From positions 7,998,001-8,062,000 of the forward strand of contig CP158636.1 of the NCBI GenBank assembly GCA_050273025.1: a DNA stretch of 64,000 nucleotides, in the 5' to 3' direction. This DNA comes from Cenococcum geophilum (Eukaryota). The notes below the pieces were generated by a model. It saw nothing but the letters and a program-made list of their open reading frames with translations, was not told the origin of the DNA and ran no database searches. Positions 12,917 to 24,131 of this stretch are shown here, piece by piece. A program made the translations under genes and the position numbers. The number at the start of each line of letters is the position of its first letter. The first letter of the stretch is position 1.

Positions 12917-14128
12917 GATTGTATTCTTCAGCCATTCGGATATCTAGTACGTAGCGAAGGTTATAAAGACGATTAGCCAATAACTTTAGCACTACTGCAG
13001 CCACCAACGCCGGCCGAGCAAGCTAGATTATTTCCCGGTTCATATTTAACGTAGACTGCGATAGGTATTACCGAATACTATATGCCGAATACGGTCGCGA
13101 GAAGGTCTCCAATGAAGGAAACAAGGTAGACATGGCCGCATTTCTTCGAAACGTTAATGCTCGTCTATAGTATTAAGACCGAAAACGGGATCCTAGGTAT
13201 CCGAGTGGTCTGTGTCCGGGTGCGCTGCCTAGTTAAGTTTAGCGGGGCCCGGGCCCTGACACCCGTTTTCGGGCATCGCTCTCTCGCTTAGCCGACCGCC
13301 GCTTTTAATGTCTATAAAATGCTTCATCGCCTTTACTGCCCTCTCTACCGGCTCTTTCTCCCTAAAATTCCACTTCTGCCCTAGCCTTACCCTTATGGCC
13401 TCCGCCCACCCCTTAATACTAAACTTCCAATTATAAATAATACTAAGATATATACTCTCTTAGCTAACAATCCCTAAATATTTAACTATCGTTTCTACTC
13501 TTACGGCCTATATACTACCGTTATAATCTTAGTATAGACTATCTTAAATAGATACGCTAGATTTAGAAAGGTTAATATTATATCCCCTCTCTAAGCCTCT
13601 TTTTCTCTCTATACTCCTTTTATTTATTTTTCTCTTTAGTATTTTTTAGAGGCTATCTAGGTCTTTAGTTCTAACTTTTATATAGCACTACTTTATCTAT
13701 ATTTTATTATCTTAGCTCTATTAACTAACAGCCTACCCTAAAGCCAAGACACCTATTTAAATACTTAGACATTATACTAGAAATTATTTTAGCACTAGCA
13801 CTCTATTACGCTATTATTATAGTTAAGTTTAAAAAAAAATCTTATTCTTACTACTTTAATAACGTAACTTAGGAAGCTATAGCTAAAATAAGAAGCTATA
13901 AAGCCTAAACCACAGCTAATTACTAAAATAACTATTATAGTAGTAGGAGTATAAATAGAGTAGGAAGACGTAGCGAAAGAATAGTAAAGGGCTTAGATAA
14001 AGGGTAAACTTAACTAAAGAACTACTAAGTTAATCTTCTAACTAATAAAGGAAATACCTTATTATATAAAGTTATTATAGCGCCAAAACGTGTTAGTAGA
14101 GCTCTATAGATATTTTATATAAGTACTC

Positions 14129-14546
14129 TATAATAAAGCCTTATAGGAAATACTACGGTAGACTTGTTAATGGGCTAGGTATATAGGTATAGAATAGTTA
14201 ACAACGTAAATATAACTAGTGGAGTGGTTACCTAATAGATTAACTCTAATTATATTCTAAGATTTACTATAAAGAAGAGGAACTATCTATAGAGACTATA
14301 TGTCCTTAAATATATAACTTCTCCCCATAGTAAAGGTTCAGTACGTTAATATATTAGTACGTTAGTACGTCGCGTTTCTACGTTCCTACGTTCCTATATT
14401 CTAAACTTATAACGTAACTAGTTACGTAACTTAGCTACTTTTTATTCTATAGCTTAATTAGTTCTAGTACTTCCTATACTATCTTAACCAACCTATTTAT
14501 GTTTTCTTTTAGTAGTTATACTACTATTAATATAAGGTCTATAACA
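14129..14546 (-). repeat. 3' LTR of element A
   Basis: Direct repeat of 35488-35889 with RIP-altered TG..CA ends. Followed by CTATCCCTCTCCTTTT, the reverse complement of a PPT. Confidence 0.9.
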
Positions 14547-14654
14547 CTATCCCTCTCCTTTTTATCTTTGTTCTTAAAGATATCTCCTATTTTTAAGTTA
14601 TTTATTAGAGGTATAACATTCCCGTTTTTAATTTAATAACCTTTATTATTTTTA

Positions 14655-15348
14655 ATACCTCTTATTAGATCCTCTATATCTAATCATTATAATTAGCTAG
14701 TAATATTAATTTTTTTACTTAGTAAAGTTATGCCGTCCTATTCTTATTATGCGGAGAAGAAGTTAGTATATATTATAATCGCGGCTCCGTCTAGTTACTA
14801 ACCTTCTTTATACGCTAAGTGTATATAAGTAAATATATAATTATCCTATAATATTTAATCTATCTCTAATACTAAATATATACGTTATATTACTCTTTAT
14901 AACCGTCTAGTTCCTTATCTAATTTGCCTTAGGGTCTTATATATTAGTAGTGGCTAAAAGACTAAAGGGTAAGCTGGCCAAGGCCCTTATTAAGGTTTAG
15001 CGTTATTCTAATAAGGCGTCTTAGGCTCTAAAAGCTTAACTAGATACTTATACTCGCCTAAGCTATTTAATAAGGGTTTATAAAAAGGTGCGCTTAAAGG
15101 AGTTACGTTTAGTAGAGTAAGGTTTATCTAAGCTTAAGGCTAAAAAGGCTAAAAAAAATTCTAATTAAGATAAGGCGGAAATAACTAGTACGCTAGTAGT
15201 AGATCCCTTAAATAATCCGGCTTATCTATTACCTTTAACTAATTCTTTTATTTTTAGCTTCTTCTTAATATTACCTAACCCGTTCTTTTTTAATACTCCT
15301 ATACCTTTCCTATAGCGTTCTTTAAATTCTATAGTAGTTCTTAGGTAG
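14655..15348 (+). pseudogene. Antisense Zn2Cys6 + coiled-coil gene of element A (intron 14878-14932), RIP-inactivated
   Basis: TAT/TAC/TGT codons at C-x2-C-x6-C-x13-C-x2-C-x8-C spacing. The frame is open except for TAA/TAG stops explicable by RIP, and is conserved in B and C. Start and stop are approximate. Confidence 0.72.
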
Positions 15349-16299
15349 TTTTATTATAGCCTATCCACTTAACCTTATACTATATTTTACTATTAATATC
15401 CTTATAACTAATAATCTTTAAAACTTACTATTTATCTTCTTTTTATCCTTTATATATATCTACTTTATAAATTAGTAGCTTAATATTCCCGTATACTAGC
15501 TTTAGTATTACGGTATACTATATAGGGTAGATCTTTATTTTAGCTAGTAGGTTTAACTTAAATATAACTAGTAAAATCCTCTATATAATTTTAAAACGTC
15601 CTAGCCTAACGTAATCTAATTTCTTACTTAGTTATTAACTCTTAAAATTTTTATATAATAGCTATACTTTATCCCTTTCTTTAAGATCTAGTCCCTTAGA
15701 TCTCTTAGCGTTATAGTACCTTTTTATTTTTTTAATACCTTTTTCGCTAATTCCATAAGGTCTATATAAAGATTTATTAATATCTTTATTCTTTTTTTAG
15801 CTATACTACTTATTTTCTTCGCTTATTATAATAATAATAATATTCTTAGCTTATACCCGTAATTTACCTTAAATAGTAATATACCTATTCCTTTCTATAG
15901 TATTATATTATATATAAACTATATAACTAGTAATAATAATACCTAATTATTTTACGTATAATTAATATAATATCTTAAATACTATTTTAGCGTTTAATTT
16001 AATCTTTTTATCTATCCGTCTATTTGCGGATAATATACGGTAAAAGTTGCTACTCTAACTCCTTATTTTATTAAGAATACCTCCTAAAATACTACTATAA
16101 ATCTTAAATCTCTATCTAATATAATCTTGCTTAGTGCTCTATATCTTATAAACACTTTCTTAATATAGATTTTAGTAATATCTTCTACTAAGATTTCTTC
16201 TATGCATGCTATAAAGTAGCCCTACTTAGTTAACTTGTCTACTATTACTAGGATTATATTATACCCCTATCTAGTAATAGGATTTTTTAACTTTAGTAG

Positions 16300-19200
16300 T
16301 GTAACGGAACCTTATAGCAAGAACTACGGTAGGTCCTATTAATGGGCTAGGTGTGTAGGTAAAGCAGGAAGTTAACAACGTAATAACAACTGGTGGAGTG
16401 GTTGCCCAACAGATTAACTCTAATTATATTCTGAGAATTACTACAAGGAAGGAACTATCTAGGTAGGGACTAAGGGTCCTTAAATACACAACCGTACTCC
16501 TATAAAATCCTTCTTATACGTAATATACGTAAGGTACGTAAGCTACGTAAGTTCCTCTTATATCTCGCGTTCCTTACGTAGCATGTCATGTAACCTTAGT
16601 TACCATTCCTCGTCACATAGTTCTACCGGTTCTATCCTAGACCGTACTTCTATTAACCAACTAGCTTCTTCCAGTAGTCGTAATATCGTACTTAAAGCGT
16701 CCGTAACACCATCTCCCTCCCCTTTATCTTCGTCCTTAAAGATACCTAGTATCTCTAGGTCATTTACTAGAGGTATAATGTCCGTCTAATTAATTTGGTT
16801 AATATCGTTACTTATTATACCTAAAGCATCCTCTTCTTTATACGCGCAACGTCATACCCGTACTATTGCTGCAATATTATTACTTGGTAAAATTATACTG
16901 TCTTCGTATTCTCATTATACGAAAGCGGGGTTAGTGTATATCGCAATGGCAAGTCCATCCTCTTAACAACCCTCATTATATTCGGAGTGCACTAAAGCAA
17001 ATATTTATTTATCTTGCGATATTCGCTCTACCTCTAACGCTAAGTATACGCGTCCTATAACTCTTAATAGTCTTTAAGTTCCCTAAGTAATTTATTATAG
17101 GGTCTTATATTCAATCTACTGCTATAAAGCTTAATAGTAACCTAGCATAGGCCCTAGCTAAGCTTAAGCGTTCTTATAATACAGAACAGAAGGCCTTAAA
17201 TACTCGCATTACGGCGTCTACTTATCTACTTTGTCTTAAGAAGGTTTATAAAAAGGTCCATTCTAAGGAGTAGAAACTTATAGAATAGGGTCTATAGGAA
17301 CTTAGTAATAAGAGAACTAATTCTCCTCTAACAGAGAGGAAAACAACTCCGAGTAATTTGGCAATTGCTCCTTTTAGGTCCCCCTTAGGTAACTTATTCT
17401 TTGGCAATCTTTCTTTATTAATATTACTTAACCTATTTTCTTCCAATACTCCTATACCTTTCCTATAGCATTCTTTAAATTTTCTAGTAGCTCCTAGGTA
17501 GTCTTATCGTAGCCTATCTACTTTACTTTATACTATATTTTATTATTAATGTCCTCGTAACTAATAATCCTTAAAACTTACTATTTGTCTTCTTCTTATC
17601 CTCTATATGTGTCTGCTTTATAAACTAGTAACTTAATATTCCCGTATACTAGCTTTAGTATTACAATATACTGTATAGGGTAGATTTTTATTTTAGCTAG
17701 TAGGTTTAACTTAAATATAACTGGTAAAATTCTTTATATAATTTTAAAAGGTCCTAGTCTAACGTAGTTTAACTTCTTACTTAGTTGTTAACTTTTAAAA
17801 ATTTTATATAGTAGCTATACTTTATCTCCCTCCCTAAGATCTAGTCCCTTAGATCTCTTAGCATTATAGTACTTTTTTATTCTTTGCTGTACTACTTTAG
17901 CTATTTCTATAAGGTTCTTATAAAGAATTATTAAAGTCTCCATTCTTTCTTTAGCTATACTACTCGTTTTCTTTACTTAATATAGCGATAACGATGTTCT
18001 TGGCTTATACCTATAATTCGCCTTAAATAGTAACGTACCTATTCCTTCCTATGGTGTGGCATTATATATAAACTATATAACTAGTAACAGTAATACCCAA
18101 TTATTTTATACATAATTAACGTAATACCTTAGATACTGCTCTAGTGTCTAATTTAGTCTTTCTATTTAACTATCTGTCTACAGATAATATACAGTAGAAG
18201 TTACTGCTTAAACTCCTTATTCCGCTAAGAATACCTCCTAAAATACTACTATAAATCTTAGATCTCTATCCAATATAATTTTACTTAGTACTCTATATCT
18301 TATAAACACTTCCTTAATATAGATTCTAGCGACATCTTCTACTAAGATTTCTTCCGTATAGGCTATAAAGTATCCCCACTTTATTAGCTTATCTACTATT
18401 ACTAAAATCGCGTTATAATCTTACCCAGTAATAGGATCTCTTAACTTTAGTAACTTAATAATAAAGTCCTATAATATAACCTCCTATAGTCTTCCTAGTA
18501 TTTTAATAGGCTATAGCCCTCTATATAGCTTATATCTTATTAGTTTGTTCCTTTAGCAATTTAAATATTCTTTAATAATTTTTCGTGCTAAACCCTAGAT
18601 TCCATTAATAATATATTCCTCTTAGAGTCTTAACACTAAGCCCATAGCTCCATTATGTCCTTAAGTTATTCCTTTATAAAAGTCTTTTATAAAATGCTCC
18701 GCTATACTTCTTGGTTTTTATATATATCCATCTATAGATCTTCTAGTTATGCTTTTAGAATTCTTTATACCTAAAAGCTTTCTAGTATCTTATAGACTCT
18801 TTCTAGCTTATCTTCTTAAGTTACTATAATTTTTGGATAATTATACCTAATTAATCCATCTATATCTTTTTGTAGTAAAGCCCCTAATAGCTTCTTATTA
18901 TTTTATAGTTTAGCCTTTCTACTTAGAGCATCTGCTCGTATATTGTCTATACCTTTAGTATACTAAATCTTAAAATAGTAATCTATAAGTGTTTCTGCCT
19001 ATCTAACCTATCTTTAGTTAAGTTCCTTTATTATTAGGAATCCTATTAGGTTCTTATAGTCTATCTTAACTATAAATAGTTTTTCTATTCCTTACAAGAA
19101 TACTCTTTATTTCTTTAGTACTGCAACTATACCTAATAACCCTTTATTATAGATGTCATAGTTTAGTTCTAGTAGTGTTATCTTTTAACTATAGTACGCC

Positions 19201-22200
19201 ACTAGGTGCTAACCATCTTCATATTTCTATATAAAGTATACTCCTAGTATAAAGTCTAATATATCTATTTCTATAACCGTCTTTAACTTTAGTTAATAGA
19301 TCTTAAAGATTAGTTCCTAGGTAAACAACTCCTTAAGTTCTTTAAACAATTCTCTTTACTCCTTTTCCTATACCCATAGTTCCTCTTTCCTTATTAATTA
19401 AGTAAATAGCTTAATATTCTTTAACTATTGTGCCATAAACCTCCTATAGTAATTGCAAAACCCTAAAAACAATCTCAGTTATATAACGTTTCCTAGTTCT
19501 TACTAATTTACTATAGCTTTAATTTTCTTTAGGTCCATACTTAATCTACTTAATTTAATAATAAATCTAACAAAATTAGTTTTCCTTATAAAGAACTTAT
19601 ATTTCTCAATTGCTACTAGCATTTATTCTTCTTATAGTCTCCTTAAAACCCATTTAATATATTCCACGTATTCTTCCTTAGTTATTAAGTAGATAATAAT
19701 GTTATTAAGATATACTATAATAAACTTATCGAGGTATTCTCCTAATACATTATTAATTCGCTTTTAAAACGTTACTAGTGCGTTTATAAGCCCAAATTGC
19801 ATAACTAATGGCTTATATAGTCCTTCCTTTAACCTAAAGGCTGCTTTCTATTTATTGCCTTTCTTAATTCTAATCTAATAGTACGCCCATCTTAGATCTA
19901 TCTTTATAAAGATTTGCGCATTACTGATCCTATCTTAGATTTCGCTAATTAAGGGTAAAGGATATTTATCCTTTTTTATAATACTATTTAACTGTTTATA
20001 ATTAATGCATAACCTAAGCTTTCTATTTTTCTTTAGTATAAACAGTACTAGATAACCCGCTAATAACTATAATAGTCTAATATATCCCTTTTATAAGTTT
20101 TCTTAGATAAACTCTTTTAATACTCTACCTTCCTCTTTAGTAAGCTTATAGGTTAAAAAGAACCTTAGACTTATTTCTAGTTCTAACTCTATCTTATAGT
20201 CCTATACTATATACTCTAATAGCTTTTTACTTTTTAGTAACTATAATTTTTTACTATATTTATGGTATTTCTTTAGTATATAACTTAATCCTTAATTAGT
20301 CTCTTTATATATCGCTCTAACTTAGTACCATACTAACTTAGTTTATTATTACATCTTACGTTATTAAGTATCTTTAATATTAACCTAACCTATAACCCAA
20401 TTAATCTTTAGATTATATTCCTATAACTAAGGCATTCCTAATACTGCCTTATTATTTCCTAATAGTAATATATTAAAAGATATCTTAATTTATCTCCCTT
20501 TAATAGTTATCTAAATAGGTCCTATTTTAAGATTAATAATGCCTCCTCTATAGGCTATTAGATCTCCTAAAATTATTACTAATAAATATAGGTGCTCCTT
20601 CTGCTTATATAGTAGCCCTATCCTTTTAACTGCTATTAGTAATATATAGTTCCTAATTACTTTACTATCTACTAATACTTTAAACTACTAATCTTACTAT
20701 TTAACTCTTAAATTTAGGTATTATTCTTAAATTCCTTTAAGGGTCTAAGGCTCTACTATTAGCTCCCTCTGGTCCTATAGGCTTCTACTTTTCCTAACTA
20801 TTAGCTACTAGATCCTATTTATACTTAGTCTACTTTTAGCTAATACTTAGTTCGCTTTTTATCTTTAATATACTATAGATAGGTATTTTCTAGACATTCC
20901 CACCACTATTATCTATCTAGGCATTCTTCCGTAAGGAATTTTCCTAGTTAAAGTATTAAGTCCCCTTATTTTTAAACTTCTATAAGGTGTTAACTATATA
21001 TATACTTAGCGTTTTAATATTTTGCCTTATCCAGTGCCTAATATATCCTTACTAGGTACTTCCGGTTCTTATCTTTAGGTACTTTATATATATTATATAT
21101 ATTATCTATATATACGATCCATACCAACGTGTAATACGCTTAGTGTCTTAGGTTAACTTTTAGCTCGTCTTTATTCTTAAGTTTAAACCTTTCTCGTATT
21201 AATTTAAGCGTTGCAACTTTATTTATAAGTACTAAGATTCGCCTTTCGCTTCTCTAATCCTCTAATTACTCCTCTAGATCCTTTAACGTTATAATTAAGG
21301 CTCCTTTAATATAAGTTATAGCCTTCTCTATAATTAGGTGGTCCTAAATAACTCATTTATTTAACTATATATAGAAATCTTCCTACTTATCGTTATATTA
21401 TTACCTATACTACTTTTAGTATAGCTCCTTAAGTATATACAGCTTATCCGTTAGAAAGTATCTCTTCATTATTACGTCATAATAGCCTTTTATATATCAT
21501 TCTTCAAATCTAGTTAAAATCCCTAAATCCTCTTCTTGTTTTAATTTAGTAAGCCACTTAGCTCTTAATGTGCCTATCTTAAGTCTATTAGTAACCCTAT
21601 ATATAGGTACTCTATCCCTTATACGGCCTAATATACTAAATCTCTTATCTAGTTTCTGTTCTTGCCATGCAGTAATTCTCGCCCTAAATTCTGCCATAGT
21701 TTCTTTCTTTTCGCGTCTTATAAGTAGATCTTTAAAGTCTTTTTACTTCTTAATTCCCTTATTAATAGTCCTTATTTATATATTAAAGTCTTAGTCCTAT
21801 AGAATTCTTAATCCTAAGCTAGCTTTTAACTTAAGCTTTACTCCTACCTTAGTCTAACTAGGCTTAGGTATTCTCATCTCATCTTAAGAGTCTTAAATCT
21901 TACTTATTTTATCTTAAAAGTCTTATACCTTTAAGAACTCTTATCCCTTACTTATTTATATATCCTTAAATTAAGCTACTACTCTGCTCTATCGGTTTTC
22001 GTCCATTATGGGTCCTTAAGCTATCCTTATCCTTACTTCGGAATCTTAGATCTCTTTTATCTCGTCTTAAGAATCTTAAGCCTTTAGCCTTTTACCTTTA
22101 TTAAGTGGTAAGCTAGCACTAGCAGTCGTCTACTTACTTAATCCCTTATAAATACTTCTCCTTCCGTTTTATAAAGTAATAAATGCCGTATCTAACGGTG

Positions 22201-24131
22201 TTATAATACCCGTTACTAAACCTTGCTCTATAGTGGTCTTAGTCTCTACTTCTATTACGTTATTAAGGTTTAGATACCCCCAGTTAGTTCCTTTTTTGTC
22301 CTTATTACTACTAATTAATAAGTACTTTAACTCTATTGTTATTGTTACTAATCTTTATCCATATATTACTATAACATCTTAATCTAGCTTATAGAGTTGA
22401 TCTTATTCTTTATCTAACTCTTTAATTCCTTTAAGTCCTCTTAACTCTGGCTTCTATAGCCAATAGCTTATACTATACTTAGCGTCTTTATAAATTTGGC
22501 ATACGTTGTTATAACAAAACGCAAAACTTCTAATTAAACATTCTTTTATTCCTTATAGTATACTATTATCCCTTCGTATATATATATCGTCTGCTAGTTT
22601 AGTTCCTTTTATTATATAGTAACTCTAACCATCTTTATAATCCCTAGCGAAATAACCCTATTTTCCGCAATTTATATAAGCTCCGTCTTTAAACTATTAA
22701 TTTTGTTATAGAGTCCGCCTAAACGTCTTCTACTATTAAGATCTCTAGTTTAGCCTCTACTCCTTAGTCCTATAATTACTTAATCCTTAACCTCTAGGTT
22801 TCTATAATATCTTTATCCATCTCTTATAGGCTTCTTTAGTACTGCTTAGGTCTATTAGCTCTGCGCTATACCATAGTTTCTAACTTAGCTTTAGTTATTG
22901 CGTGCTTTGCGCCTTATATAACTATAGAACTCTATCCTAACCTCTTTTAGTCTATTCCCTTTAGAAGATCCTATTATTAATCTTAATTACTTAATTAATT
23001 AATTCCCTTAGGGTGTCTGCATCTTCTATTAGAATAATTACGTCCTAAACTTTAGCCTTAAGTCCTTATTTATACTGTGCTATAAGCGCCTTATTATTCC
23101 ACTTAACCTATATCGCTAGTGTTTAGAATTGCGTTATATACTTCATTGCTAAGGTTCGTTACGTAATATCTTAGAGTTTTTTTTCCGCCGTAGTTATTAC
23201 CTTTAGGTCTCTAAATATTTGTATAAGTTGCTCTATAAACCCGTTCTAGCTTAAGAACATAAACCGTACCTTTTAGTTCGTTGTTATTATTCCGTTCGCT
23301 TATATCTCTATAAGGTAAAATTTAAACTATTTAAGTGCCCTTCCTAATAAGAACAATCCTGCGTATACTATTTAATCTATAGGTGTTACTAGCTTTGCTC
23401 CCTCTTACGTAACCTTAAAATGCATTTACATAAAGAATCCTTTAAGCTTTAATCTTTCTCTTAAGAATCTTTTAATTAATAGTAACTTAACCTTTGCTAT
23501 ACCTATCCCGTTAATCCTATTTTTAAGTACCGCATTATTTTCCGTTAACTAGTTAACTATCTCTTATAACTGCCTAACTGTTACTAGTTACTATAAGTCA
23601 GTATCTGCTATACTGGTGTCGTTTCCTAATCTTAAGGTGGTTGCCGCCGTTAATAGCGTTGTAGTGGCTGCTTTTAGTGGTATATTATCTAACTTCTTAT
23701 TACTATAACTAGGTAGTAATTATATAACGGAACCTTGTAGCAAGAACTACGGTAGGTCCTATTAATAGGCTAGGTATGTAGGTAAAGTAGGAAGTTAATA
23801 ACATAATAACAACTAGTAGAGTAGTTGCCTAATAGATTAACTCTAATTATATTCTAAGAATCACTATAAGGAAGGAACTATCTAGGTAGGGACTAAGGGT
23901 CCTTAAATACACAACTATACTTCTATAAAATCCTTCTTATACGTAATATACGTAAGGTACGTAAGCTATGTAAGTTCCTCTTATATTTCGCGTTCCTTGC
24001 GTAGTATATTATGTAACCTCGGTTACTATTCCTTGTTATATAGTTCTACCAGTTCCATCCTAAACCGTGCTTCTATTAACCAACTAGCTTCTTCTAGTAG
24101 TCGTAACATTGTACTTAAAGCGTCTATAACA
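16300..24131 (-). mobile_element. Ty3/Gypsy chromovirus B, full length (7832 bp), nested in the integrase of A
   Basis: 409-bp LTRs at 16300-16708 and 23723-24131 with TSD AGTAG (16295-16299, 24132-24136). PPT adjoins 16709. Degraded gag-PR-RT (YLNN from YLDD)-RH-IN-chromodomain. Confidence 0.93.
16817..17501 (+). pseudogene. Antisense Zn2Cys6 + coiled-coil gene of element B (intron 17046-17100)
   Basis: Same Cys spacing as in A, with Cys5 and Cys6 still TGC. 55-bp intron at the same position as in A. Confidence 0.72.

Larger units (their letters stand above)
11839..13203 (-). pseudogene. PNS1: PNS1 / choline transporter-like (CTL family) pseudogene, 5'-truncated, RIP-mutated, with two insertions
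   Basis: Minus strand reads IPRIPFSV..., GHVYLVSFIG..., YVKYEPGNN, ISEWLKNTI, ISFGSLLVALINMLRQ, FLNRYAFS.IALYGKPYIAAAKDT, intron, MIKNRGIDALVNECLIGPVL...WDPEELMRDHPDLY...YPHV[insertion]QQSIHA*. The 5' part has TAG/TAA stops at Q/W codons, small deletions and frameshifts. Confidence 0.88.

Noticed and set aside
13214..13261. TG...CA segment (minus strand TGTCAGGGCCC...) as another solo LTR at the PNS1 breakpoint
   Set aside because: No TSD and no second copy in the window.
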